DNA from: Dicyema japonicum
Lineage: Eukaryota; Animalia; Dicyemida
Assembly: GCA_011109175.1 (NCBI GenBank)
Contig: RDEW01000050.1
Span: 88,694-152,693 of the forward strand
Length of the DNA stretch: 64,000 nt
Reading direction: 5' to 3'
Shown: piece by piece, positions 37,940-51,100 of the stretch
Layout of the letters: the number at the start of each line of letters is the position of its first letter
Position numbering within the stretch: the first letter of the stretch is position 1
Notes under the pieces: model-generated
Databases searched by the model: none
What the model was told of the DNA's origin: nothing
The model's input: only the letters and a program-made list of their open reading frames with translations
Position numbers and translations under genes: made by a program

Positions 37940-39300
37940 AATTGCTTGATATGGCGACACCTTTAATGATTTACGTTGTCATTCAACAAAAATGTGTTTT
38001 TGGATATAATGATTCGAAATTTGGTCAAACAATATTGGGAGCTGTTTGAATGACGGACAACCTTTGTAGGAAAGTGTGGGAGATTGGCATTGACCATGGA
38101 ACATTTGCGTAAACAATAGTCGTCGGTATATTGTGGAGTGGCATTCACGATTGTTCCCGGGTGCTCTTGAGGTGACTTTTAAAATTATAATATTCATAGG
38201 AGCTGTGTAGGGCTATCCATATGTTAGAGTTATTTGTTGAACGTGACTTGAATGTGGTAATGATAGGTAGGGTAAAGTTTAGTTTGATGCTGTATTGTTT
38301 TATACATGTCGTAAATGATTTTGTGGGAGAGACGCTAAGACTTAGTTTTCGGAGGGCCTTATACGACTTGACTGGCGGCTTGTTAATGTTTATTTTTTGT
38401 GGCAATGGTGATATGCTCCATGTATAAGCTTCAAATTAAATCAGAGTTTCTTTTCTAGAGTTTATGGATTTTATATCGTCAGGATGATTTCATCATGGGT
38501 AAATAGGATCCAGTTGGAAAATTTTTGGATTTTTTTCAAATAAACTCTGATCCTCGGATAAGTCCTTTTGAGATACTAAAGAGTAGTATTTGATTAGTAT
38601 ATCGTAATTTAGTTCAAAGTCTTTTTATGTAGGGTTTTCCGATGAGATCTTTGGATTCTCTTGTCAACTGTTTAATCCTCGTATTTTTGATTTGATTTCA
38701 TCATTGAGAGTACGTAATCTCTGTGTCATTTTTAGTCCTCGTACCGAATCGTCTAAAAGTACTACTGATTGGAATAAACTATTTCCTCACGTTGTGTACA
38801 TGGAACATATTATTAAAGGAAACACTGCTATTAATGACAAGTTGACAATGGTAGGAAGCTGCCTTTGAAAACACAATCTTGTCTTGATCTCGAAAGATTT
38901 GTTTGCGGTCTCTTATGGTTTCATATCTAACATAACAGTTGACAAGGAATATTTAGGATCGATGGTTTGTCGTTTCCTCTAAGTGTTTAGATCCTCAATC
39001 AGCATATTCCTCCTCTTATAGTGGGAATTATTTCTCAGTCAGAAAAGGTGTTTGAATGATGTAAGGGATGAAATTCTAAAGGTAAAAGAACAAAAGTTTG
39101 TAGAGGAGTGCACCAGTATGAAAGACATTCAACGGAAATGGATTTTCGTAGTTAGAAGTTAGAGTGAAACACGACCTGGTATCCGGTTTTAAGCATAGTC
39201 GGTGATGTCCTCGTATAAAATTTTTATGATAGTTAGAAGGCCTCCACAAAGTTTTCCATGTTTTTCACAATAAACACAGAATATTGAGGAACCTCCTTGT
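37940..39300 (-). mobile_element. Heavily decayed Vingi-like LINE
   Basis: GGLLTII near 39240 and a YTDD (YADD-like) motif near 38125. Confidence 0.4.
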
Positions 39301-39493
39301 TCCACAACTACTTCAGAATTTGGACTCATGTAACAGAATACCAGTACAGTAGTTCTTCATAAAGCTCCTAAGTTCAAGGACCTAGTTCTTCACTGCAAGG
39401 CACAAAATACCAGTCGTTTCCATATAAAAATCTAAACTTATTTATTTTAAAATTAACATTGAAAATAAATTATTTAAATTTAAACAATTTTGG

Positions 39494-40299
39494 ATGGCGC
39501 ATTTGCTCGATGTGTACCAATACAGGATAGATGGACGGTTGGCCGAGGATGTTCGTAAAATCACATCAGAATTCAATTTAACCAGGCAGGCTGACGGTTC
39601 TGTATGCCTGGAACAGGGAAACACGTCCATATTAGCTTCTATATATGGTCCCCATGAGGTTGTACATAAAAGAGGTCAGTGTAGGTCGATGACTTCCATA
39701 AACCTGATCCTGAGAGGGCAATTATCAACTGTAACTTTAGCCAGGCTTCATTTACAAGCTCACAATGGAGGAAACACATGTCTGGTGGAAGGAGAGTTCA
39801 CGAGATTGAAGAAGTCGTGAAGAGAACGTTTGAAAGTGCCATTCAACTTGACCTCTACCCAAGATCTCAAATTGACATCTTCCTTGAGGTTTGGGACATA
39901 TATGACCCTGAAGGTTATCCAAGCAGACGGCAGCATCCTTAGTGCTTGCATAAACGCCTCTACCCTCGCTCTGATAGACTCTGGAATCCCTCTCTTGGAC
40001 TTTGTGTGTGCCTCCAGTGCCGCCATCCTTGGTAGAACAGTGGTTGTGGACGTTTCTTCCGCGGAGGATCTCCACTCTATCCCCCAGGTTCAATTTCAGA
40101 GGAAATATAGCTGACCTTAGCGATTATGCCGAAAACTCAGAAACTAGTGCAGTTGTCTGTAACTGGAAGAGTTCATAGCCAGGATTTGATTAGAGTAATC
40201 GATGCGGCAAAGGAGGGTTCTAAGAAAGTTTATTTGTCCATGAAGGATATGCTGAGACAACATTTGTCTGCTCTCTCAGTTTCTGTCCAACCCAATTAA
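39494..40299 (+). CDS. EXOSC4: Exosome subunit RRP41
   Basis: YRIDGR, QADGSVCLEQGNT..YGPHE, YPRSQIDIFLE/VIQADGS..INASTLALIDSGIP; introns of 26, 25 and 23 nt give a clean ORF. Confidence 0.95.
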
Positions 40300-40507
40300 C
40301 TTTCTTAATAATGAGTTTTTATAATCTTTGTGAATCAATAGGTTTGTGGTTGTCTAAGATCATTGGTCTTTTAGTATTTAGGGTGACTCTATTATGGTGA
40401 TAATTATTAATTCCTTTATTCATTCCGTGCTACTTAAGGGCTCAGGTAACGCACCTGACAATAAATACTTCTTCCATTTCCGTTCAGACATGATCCCGGC
40501 ACACTGC

Positions 40508-41690
40508 ACTTATTTAACACCCAAGACCACGGTAAAACCAAAACTAACTATCATGTGATGCGCTCCGCCAAAATCCTCATTCTTTCCCGGTGCTCCTCCC
40601 TCGTACCCACACAAGCTCGTACAGGGCAGCTGACTGTATTTGCAGGGCCACCTTCCCGCATACCGGAGTTTTGTTAGATGAGGGCCTCCAGAGTAGTCGG
40701 TCCGGTTCTGTGTCTCCCACAAAACCACAGCTCCGTCATTCTGAAAGCCTTCTTTTGAGCGTCCTCGATTTTCTTAGTGTTCGTCCATGATAATGAAGGT
40801 CCCCACGAAGCACACGCGTACGAGAAGCATGTTCGATGTATTGCTTGTAAATGTTCATCAAGACCAGGTGGGTACCTGTCTTCCATATTCCAGATAAACA
40901 TTTTAATACATTAATCCTCTTCTCGCACTTCAGAACAATGTTTGCCACGTGTGGTGACAAACATAAGTGTGTATCCAGTGTCACGCTTAGGATCTTCTGA
41001 CATTTGGTGAAGGGGATTTCAATGTTGTCCAATTTTAACTTGGCAGTCATCTTCCTCAACCTTTTGTCCGAAGTAAACATAGACGTGACTGACTTTCTGG
41101 AATTATCGTGAGTCGGTTCTTCATTACCCATGTGTTGAGTCGGTCCAGGTTTATTTGTAATCTTTCTGTAGCATTTTGATATCCCGATCACGCGAGGACA
41201 AAACAATGTCGTTGCATATGAGAGTAGAACATTGTTATTGGATTCCGGTGTCGGGAGGTCTGCCAGGTATAAATTGAATAAGGCGGGGGATAAAGGAGAT
41301 CCTTGGGAGACACCGTTTGGGAGAAGACGTGAGACTGATTTCAGTCCTCCGAGGCGTCCCCTTCGTCCAGTTAAGAAATTCGTTATCCAAAGTTTAAGCT
41401 TCCCCGGGATCTCGGACTGGAAAATTTTCTTTGATAATATTTTCTCGGAATAGAATCAAAGGCCTGTTGATGTTTAATTGGAGAGCAGTAAATTTCTTTT
41501 CTCCACAGTGGGCTGAGGGTTTTCGCCGGGAATGTTTGGACTTTCTTGAAACACATCGCCGGGGGTCGATAATGACCCCGGGGGAAGGGGTCTAATGGTC
41601 CTTTTCGGGAGGGTATTAGAAGCCCTCTGGGCGTTGCCAAATCCTTTTGAATTTTTTAAATTGGTGGACCACATAACGCCACGCTATAAT
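40508..41690 (-). mobile_element. Internally deleted Vingi-like element (5' motif + RT C-terminal half + tail)
   Basis: 5' motif with MW..PKRTI at 41594-41682 jumps to AFDSIPRK and GVSQGSPLSPALF; tail matches 54525-54580. Confidence 0.8.
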
Positions 41691-41799
41691 TGGTTTTATG
41701 AAAAGAAATGAGAATAAGACGGTTACTCTTTTAAAATATTATTTTTTTATATTAAGAGTATCAATTCATTCTTGGTTCATTCCTTTTTTAACTTTGATA

Positions 41800-43290
41800 A
41801 CCAAAAAGGTGTCAGTTGATCTACCTGTCTCGTGAGCGGCCCAATATCAACAAAATCGGCCTCGTCGTTGTACCCTTTCTACTATCTGGGAGACATGATG
41901 TTTCGGAAAGAGTCGTATGCATCAATGTCCTGGGTTCACGCCAAATTAGTGGATCCTGGATTATCTACTTTGAGGGAACAAGACTACATTATGTCTACCA
42001 TTTCCTAATCAACTACATGGGTTAATAATTATTGGATAACAATTAGATAACTGATGTAATACTCAATATATAGTGAGAAAAACAAACATATTGTGATGGA
42101 TTGCATGGCAAATGACATTATGTGCATTTATGCATTTCAAAGAATTATGAAAAATTTAGGATTTCTTAATAAAGGACAAAAATTTGACAAACAAATAAAA
42201 AATGATCTAATAAAAATTCACAGGTTATACGAATTTTATAAGAGTAAGTCGATGCTTCATAACTATCACAGCAGTGATCCAACCTTTTCAATCTTCGGTG
42301 GGGACCTTTTGTAGCATCGACAACCTTTCTGACGCTATCAAAATATCCGTAGACTTGGCGTATTCTCATAGCTAATTTATAGAATGTTAGACAGAACATA
42401 TGATAGTCTAAATGAAATAAGAAGCCTAAAGTGTAATGTATCAGTTCCATACAATGTGGAGAAAATTGAGGGTGACTATGTCTTTAAGGAAGACACGGGA
42501 CTTTACTTCCTGGCTAGTAAAAATGGAAAATCTGTTGACTGCATTCTGTTTCCATTTGAGATCAGTGGTTTATGTGATTATTTATTATAGAGGAGATAAC
42601 CATTGACGAAATCAAAGAGATAATTAAAAGCAGAATAAAAACTGAGTTAGATGGGAATGTTTTGGATTCCTTTCAGAGTTTCATCAAACGATTTAGGATG
42701 ACTTCAAAGACTTTAGAATTCAATGAATTTGAGGAATATTGTAAAGATAATGAATGTGGGGCAATAAATAGCAGATTCTCATTGATAAAAAATGCTAATT
42801 CTAATTTTTTTTGATTAAATAGAATTGTTTACATGTGGATTATTCGATAAGTTAATCTGACCCAATTAGTGCTACTGGACCTCCCTGCCTGTGTTGATTG
42901 CAAGTTGTCTCTCAAATTTATCTTCACATATTATTTTATAAGTTTCGAAGGGGAATCATCCGTGCACTCCTCATTCTTTTTACTGATGTTTTGATAAAAA
43001 CATAATCATCTTAATCGAAGGTTGACTGGAGTTCAGGGAGAAATACTGATTGTGGTAGATCTGTGAGGTTTAAATTCTCAACCTATCGAAGCGGATGGGT
43101 TGTTTAGTCTCAGCCTTAGTCATAAAACATAAATTAATGGAACGAAGTTAGTTGACTATATTTGTTCATTAGATTATGTAGTTATTGGAATGTTTGGGTG
43201 TTACTCCATTGATGTAGGATTGGGCTTGCTAGATGACCTATGGTTAATGTCATTTGAGGTAAGTCACAAATGGAAACAAAGAACATGATT
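41800..43290 (+). CDS. Unidentified multi-exon gene (hypothetical)
   Basis: Chain of short ORFs separated by 19-26 nt GT-AG segments; no family recognised; ends uncertain. Confidence 0.45.
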
Positions 43291-43516
43291 TTTAGCATCG
43301 ATGACCTTAATTAAAATCTAATATGAGCCCTTACTGTTCAATTATCAACTAAACATTGTTAGTCAAAGCTAAAACCTCGAGGATTCTTTGATCCAACTGC
43401 TATCCTTCTTGGGTTCCATTAGATCGTTGATAGAAGAGAGCTACTTGGTTAAATTAGCCAAACAATTTTAAAATGGGGACAAGAAAGGAAGTTTATTTAG
43501 TCAAAATTAGTAAGAA

Positions 43517-44029
43517 TTACAAGGACCATATAGTACGGAATAGTTTGAATACCCCACATCATAGTAATTAAACATTAAAAGAAGGCAAAGAGTGAAGGTG
43601 GACACAAACGTGAGAACAATCTGACATAACTTCTCCAATGACTGTCCTCTGTAATTGAGGTAGTCATGCATTACTATTGACACATTCCTTCAATCATCAG
43701 TGCCAATATACCAATGTGCATGTAGCCATATTGTAGAGGTTAGAAGACACTCAAATAATGGTCCCCCAAAGTAGAAGCACACAGGGATGAGAGGATATAC
43801 AGACATGATTACATATCTCTCCAATAACCACTTTTTAGGATGGGTCAAGTAACCACTTTCCTCTGGCATATTTATTATTAGTACCTTTAAAATCTGTCTC
43901 CCTCTTTAGTGCCTGTCTGGCAATCACATTCATGACAGAAGATGTGCTGAATGAGGATCTTTTAAGACAAGTCAATCCCCTATTCCCTTTTATTAAGTTT
44001 AGTGAAATATGTCGCAGTGGATTAAACAT
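43517..44029 (-). CDS. SDHD: Succinate dehydrogenase cytochrome b small subunit
   Basis: Presequence, WLLERY, WLHAHW, VMHDY, FNYYDVG..IWSL*; needs single-base corrections near 43555 and 43858. Confidence 0.85.
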
Positions 44030-44145
44030 AACAACTAAAATAATATTTAATTTATTTATATTATTATTTTTATTTTCAATTGAATATTAATGTATAGCTA
44101 GACAGTCATTTTTTGAGTTTTTTTCTGAAAGCAAAATAAAAAAAT

Positions 44146-44400
44146 TAGTGTGGCTACTTGAATTGAAGATTGTTTGTTTTTTCTGTTCCTTCTCTCCCTT
44201 TTGGCTCCATGGAGCTTCAATTGTTAACGTGCATCATGTGGCTCACCATCTCTGGTGGCACCAGATATAATCCTAAATTATATCCAAAAAGGACCATTAG
44301 TCAACAACCATCCAGAGAAGTTCCTTCTGGGCGGCATTTTCTTCAAAGTCCGAGCATACGAAGACTGATTAGGGAGGTCAGGATCACCTGAATTTTTTTT
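44146..44400 (+). mobile_element. Non-autonomous Vingi-derived element, subfamily B, with an intact 51-aa mini-ORF
   Basis: Homologue of 13870-14125; ORF 44236-44391 MWLT..PKRTI..RLIREVRIT*. Confidence 0.75.
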
Positions 44401-44457
44401 ATTTTTGGTTTTCTGTTTCAATAAATTTAAATTAAAAGCGAATGTTATTTTTGCAGG

Positions 44458-46376
44458 TCACTTAAAAGGCCAACCTAAAGAATGTCTCACCTTACAAAAG
44501 CAATTTATCAGGACAAAGCCCAAGTTTGATTCAATGGACATACTCACACTTCTACAAACGTTAGAGAAAAGCTCAGACCTATAACTGGACTTTCCATAAC
44601 TACTTAAACTAAGACGAGGGTACTGAAATTGAATAATCACTTGACCTTAACAACCGAATTGCCACTACTCAAATCCACAAAACGCAGGCACATTCGTAGG
44701 ATCCTTACTGACCTTTCAGAACACTCCATAAATATATCCTATTGACGAAAAACTGATCTTTAACTGAAAGAATTCAAGACAATCTGACTTTCAAAGTGTT
44801 TCCTACACTTTATTTAAGACATTCAGTTTGTTGAATTTTCAACATCTAATAAATTGATGACAGTAATTTGATTTTCAATATACAACTGTAGAACATTTGG
44901 TCACCAGAATAGATCCTCTGCAAATTGAGAGAAATCTTTTAAGGAAAATTACAACCAAAAAGCAAAAAATGGACATTTAGAGTGTGTTCGACTAAAATAA
45001 ATTTTGAAGTTTTATTATTAATTGAAGTGACTGATTTAAAGATTAATTTGGTTATTAATTTCATAAAAGCATAATCTTAATTGTAAAAACGAGTATAATC
45101 TGATTGAACGTGGAAGATGGTATTCCAAACATTGGCTTTGTAATCACAAAGGGTCACTTGAGTGATTAAATTAATAGTCTGGCAAACAATGAAACAGTTG
45201 ATCAGAATAGTGAATTGCCACATTCTTATGAGCTTTGTGATTCATAATTGTTTGATAACCAATCAAAAGCAGATAGCATTATTATGCAACTAAAAATCCC
45301 TATTTTACAGCCAGATAGGAAAACATATTTAATAATTACACAGGCTATTAGATAGCCACAAATGTAGAGTCACTAGAGGAAACTTATGAGTGTACACGCA
45401 AATGGTTTAGAGCATATTTAATTAACCAGTTTAAATAATCATTGGAAAACTACATATCTTTGTAAATAATTGTAATTCTTGGTTTGATTATTCGTCCAAT
45501 ATTTTTAGTCAGGGCATCGAGAGAGGAGACCTTAAGTAAACAGTGATCCTTACATATACTGATCTGACTTGAGTGAGGACAACAAATTGCAGAATAAAGT
45601 GGTCTGTATCAATGTTTAAAATCCGTTTAAAAAAGTCATCCTATAGTGAATGAGGAGACAAACCATGCATGACTTGATTAAAAGATCCACGATGGCGTCT
45701 CCTCTGTGAATGTAGTAGTCCTGTATATTATGCAATGATTGTTTTAAATTATTTATATATTTTCCTAACATTTTTATTATGCTCATCTGGGATAACAAAT
45801 AATAATACTTGCACACTGAAACCAAAATTATCACATGATTTGATGACTGGGCGGAGTAGAACGATCCACTGAACAATCTACAATCGATATTTTTTGTACA
45901 TTCATTAAATCCGAAATTATTTCTCTGAGAATATTGATTACTATGTCGTTGATTTCACTGATTCGTCTGTTTGACGGAATCATACCTCCAGGGACTTTCC
46001 AAACTTCATTCCCGATTTCCTCACTGAATTCTTCCACAGAGTCAAGTTCAACATTTAGACATTTGATCTCTTCAACCACTGAGGATTAAATAAACTAGAA
46101 CAATCTGAATGATCTTTTAAAGGAGATTTAGCATCAAAAACATCATTCAGCTATTTTTATACAACACAGAACTGATTGGTTTTGCAGGAAAAGATCAGAG
46201 ACCTCGGAGTTGATGGCCATTTTAGAGAAATATTCCTAAAATTTTGTAATTAAAGAAACCTCAATCTTTCCTTCAACTTTGGTTATTTTGTGATTTATTT
46301 TATACTCTATTAGTTCTTTCACCTTAATATGACATTTTATGAAAACTTTAGCATTCAGATTATGCAATTGAGACAT
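44458..46376 (-). CDS. Divergent multi-exon helical protein with weak resemblance to exocyst Sec5/EXOC2
   Basis: Many tiny introns; segments TQVRSVY/SLDAL, ILINCFIV, RIYSG and LSSYGKSSY are roughly colinear with EXOC2 from memory. Confidence 0.4.
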
Positions 46377-47449
46377 TGTAATTAAAATTAATTTATTACA
46401 AATTTAATATATAAATATAATAAATAATATTTTCAAAATTGTGAATTTTATGATTATTTGTCGCAACCTCAATAAATGAAAGAATATAAAAATACAAAAT
46501 AAATTATAGCTAATCAACCACAAAGGAGCGGTTAGGCAATTATTCACAATTACCAAACAAATATGGTTAACCGCTCATTTGTGGTTATTGTTGTTAAATG
46601 TCAGTTTCAGTCCAAAGATTCGACAAATCTGGCAAAATGCATAAATATTTAATATTCATATTAGAATATGAAAGTTGGTGACGTCTTGATGACGAAAACA
46701 CTTCTTATAAGTGATTCAATCAATATAATAAGTCTTTAGATAATTATTAATGCACTTTCGCATAACAGGGCGTGCGCAACACGATTAGTCACTTACAATC
46801 CATACTCTTCTGAGGTCATCTACGTCTTTGAGACGCTTTCCAGCCATTCAATTTTCAAGAACAACAGGGAAAGTGGTGATTTTGGTCATTCATGGGAGAA
46901 GGGTGGTCGGATGTGATAGTCTGAACTTAAAAAAGAACATTAAATTATTATAATGTTAACTTTCTCTCATCAACCATATCAATCTAATATAAAAATAGTT
47001 TATCATACGAAAGTGAAGACATGAATTTTGATAATATAAAAATAGTGGTTTTTGGAGTATTCAAGGGAATCGCTTTAACTGATTATTTAAGATGATTAAT
47101 CCATTTTCAAAGTAAACTCAAGTGGTGGAGTTTTATCTTTAAGATTGTGGTAGAAAGGAAGCAACAAATAAAAAATGAATTTGAGAAAAGATGTTAATAA
47201 TAAATATTGAAATGATCTACGAAGGAGATGTAGAAAAAAAAATACTCAGGACAATTCAAAATATTTATTATGAAAACCCTGAAAGTGTGGGTTGGTCTGC
47301 TTTAAAACGGATAAAAATTGAGACAGGCTCTATAAATTAGTTATTCAAAATAGATAATTTTATTAACATAACAAACTCGTTACTAATTAAAAACTAATTA
47401 AAAAGGGAAAAACCAACGAGTTTGTCCTGGTTGATGGGGTCTGGTATAA

Positions 47450-50400
47450 CGAGACACCATATGTCTCCTCTTTGAATTATTGACCCCTTGCATCCAACAA
47501 GAATTATTTTTTCAAGTGAAGCAATATTTTTTCAATAGATCTTGCACGTCTTTCATCATTTGGCGGTAATTTAGATTTTAAATCAAGTCCATATGCCAGT
47601 TTAATAGCATATCTCCTCGATTTATCAAGAAGCTCTTCAATAGTACTTCTCTCATCACTTTCAAACTATCCTTGGAAGCCATAAATCAATAATGGTTATA
47701 TACAAGCTGTATACACATATAGAAAAGTTTCACGAAGAAGCGATTTCAACATTGCTATAGCTTTTTTCTCTTTTTCTTGATATAATTAATGAAGGAACCC
47801 TTCGAGTTCACACAAACACCAAGATATTGCAATTGTTTGATTTGTTTTTTGTAATTCACAATCCATGAAGCAGTGCACTTTTCAAGAGATAAGGATAAAC
47901 ATTTATCTCGGCACCAATATTTAATTTTTTCGATATGTGTTGAAACACGGTTCCAGGAGATCGATTTATTAATACTTTGATCAAGCAGAAGAATGTCATC
48001 AGTATAAATAAGCATTTTCGAATTTAAGTGTAGCTTTCGGAATGTCACACATAACACAATTGAATAAGAGGGGACTTGAGACAGACCCATGAAGTATCCC
48101 TCTTTTCACAAAATTTTTTCGATATATGATTTCCAACACGTATAAAAGATTCTCTACCAGAAAGGAAATTCTTTATTTACAAAATTGCCTTGCTCCCAAC
48201 ATTAAAATGTGACAGTTTTCAACAACCCAGCATGCCAAACGCTATCGAAAGCCTTTAATATGTCTAGACATACAGCCGTAAAACATTCTCTATTCTTCTT
48301 AGCGACACATATAAAATTTGATAATATTGAGAAACAATCTCCAGTACCTCTAGTGGGGCGAAAACCCCACTGATCATCGAGAAGAAAATTGTTGTCTTCA
48401 ACGTATTTTGATAATCTGTTGAAAATGATTTTTTCCATAATTTTCGATATACTGCATATTAGGCTTATTGGCCTATAGTTCTCTGGATTTGAACTAGCTT
48501 TTCTTTTCTTCGGGATCATCCGTACAAAAGACTTCTTCCACGTAGAAGGAACATGTCCGGAACACCACGAAGAATTAAATAAAGCCCATAACGTTTTTAA
48601 TAATGGTATTCCAGCATTTTTGAAGACAGTCAGGGGAATAAAATCCCAACCCGGAGCTTTATTTTTGCATCCAATAATAGCAAGAATTATCTCCTCCATA
48701 GTAATCTTTCCACACAAAGCCCCTCCACAAGCGGGGATGGCTCCTTTTCGAGAAAACTAGTTTGTATGCCTCGGGGAATAATTAACAGAAGATCCAATTC
48801 TTGTACTTAACAGAGGATCCACTCTTTATAACTTGATCCTCTCTTTGAGATGGTTAGAATCTTGTGGATCCCAACATCGTTTCAATTTTCCTTCCAAATT
48901 TCTCATTTCACGAGGCAAACAACATTGCTCCCCATTCATTAATTTATTTCTATGCGGAGAAAGAAATATCCTTCCATAATAATCAAGATAGTTTAAAATA
49001 ACATTTTTTAATTTTACATCCAAACTATCGATATCCACGATTTAAATTTTCAGTTCTCGAATTTTATCCAACTTTATAGAAATATAAGAATTAAAATGAG
49101 CCCGATCAATTATGTTGATATTATATCCAAGAAATATTTCTTCTTCAAAAACGGGTCCAGTTCGCAACTCCAAAGTTTGAGGTAAGTGATCACTCCCTAT
49201 ATCATTTTCGACTTAGGGCAGACTGCTCAATAAAGCGAGGTTTTCTTGCATAACGAAAATACCCACTCTATCAGCACTCCGTTGTTGAATTAATTAAGTT
49301 CTTTAGACGTAAAAACTTTTAAATTTTCTGATTCCATTAATTCCAATAAACATTTTCACACAACCATATGCAATATTTTTTGCATTGCAATCTCCCACAA
49401 GGATTGGGTTTGTTATTAGCGAAAAAATCTTTTATAATCCTTGAGCAATTCCTTAATCTTTTGGAGTAAATTCCACCAATTGTTATCCAACCAATGCAAG
49501 TGTACAAATCAATGCATAATAATTCGCAGACATTCTCTTCTATAATTCTATCGCGTTTTAATACTCTTTTTGTAGAAAATAGAGTTCCTATGGCACCAGG
49601 ACGCCATGGAATATCAATCGAATTATAACCCGGAATATTAATAATTCCATGTTTGTTCATCTTCGTTTCATTAATAATTAATACATCCATCTCAACAGCG
49701 CTGGGAAAGGCTATTAGCTCCGCAGCCCGCTTCCTAAGAGAGCGGGCATTAACCAGGTAATCCTGGTTATTTCTGATTTATTTGGTGGCTGTCCTCTCTT
49801 CTTAGGAGTGCCACTAGACCAAATAAAAACTTGGCATCCTTCTTCGTTCTTGTCATGCTTTTAAGATTTTAAAATAATTGTTCAACAATATTATGAAAAC
49901 GTTTCTCTTCCTGAATATATCTGGTTACTGTGGGATCTTCCTGTCCATTCGGATCTTTTGGATTCGCTGATTGATTTACTGACTGTGTTTGGGATCCACT
50001 GTTAACAGAGGACAATGGTGGTCTATCCGTCTGCATTCCAATATCCGAGGTCGTATTCCTAGGAGTGATCGGATTCTATCTTGTTCGAGTTGGCTTTGCC
50101 AAATCTTTATTGTCTCCTATCTTCCTGGTAACAGTACTTTCTTTAGCAACACTTTTTCGAGGTTTACTTTGAGGTAAAAATTTATCTATCTCGAGTTTAT
50201 TAGCTGCTTTTGCACAAGAGCAACCTCCGCAGTTAGCCATGTGGCTAGTTGATCCACAATTTATGAAATTTTTACCCTTTAAGTCAAGTTGACAGTCCGA
50301 CCTTCTGTGGTTTCCTGAGCAAATCAAACATCTTTCAACGTTTTTGCAGAAACGCGCAATATGACCGAATAACTGGCAATAAAAGCATTGAATTTCAGGT

Positions 50401-50720
50401 TTTTTAAACTATTCAGCTGTGTCTTGTGAGAAATTAATTTTAAAACCAATTCTAATTAAAGACTGAGCTTCTCCACGGTTTTCTATTATTAGTTTTGCCA
50501 TAGGTAATCTTTCGCCACGTTTTTCAAATCTTTTGTTAGTGAACTCTGAAGATATAATAGTGGCAAGGTATTCATTAAGCTCTTCAAGTTCTACCCACGT
50601 TGATAAATTTTTTAATGCAATTTCGAGGGTGGCAACTTAGTTTGTGTCCATTATCCCCAAAAGGCAACTTTGCTTTGAGATCCCTTTCGAATAAGCTAGC
50701 ATCTTCTGGGTTGTTAAAAC
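47450..50720 (-). mobile_element. Jockey/I-like two-ORF LINE, decayed
   Basis: ORF1 CCHC knuckles (QCFYCQLFGH..C, CLICSGNH..C), APE (INETK, GSDHLP), RT (NYRPISL, QWGFR, LDILKAFDSVWH, YTDD). Confidence 0.85.
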
Positions 50721-51028
50721 AGAATACAAAGTCCCCGTAAAACGTCGGGTCACTCTTGCCACAGCCGCAGAATCCAAATCAGAGATTATATTTGCAACCT
50801 TGATACTTCCAAGGGTTTTATTTGTAACATTAAGCACAATTGAGACGTTTCCATAACTATTATTATAATGATTATTTAGTAATAACCATTAATATTTGTA
50901 ACCTCTTTCTGGTAAACATGGTTAACTTTGTAATTTAAATCAAATTATTTTGAATAACTTCGAGGTAGATAGTGCTTAAGAGAAGTCGTTTTACGAGAAT
51001 ACCAGATATCTTATTTAGGGAAATTTGC

Positions 51029-51100
51029 TCCTCGTTGGTCTAGTGGTTAAGATTTCGTATTTTCATTTCGAAGGTCCGGGTTCAATTCCTGGACGGGGAA
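51029..51100 (+). tRNA. trnE: tRNA-Glu (TTC)
   Basis: 72-nt cloverleaf; acceptor TCCTCGT/ACGGGGA, T-loop TTCAATT, one T-T mismatch in the anticodon stem; followed by TTTTT. Confidence 0.85.
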
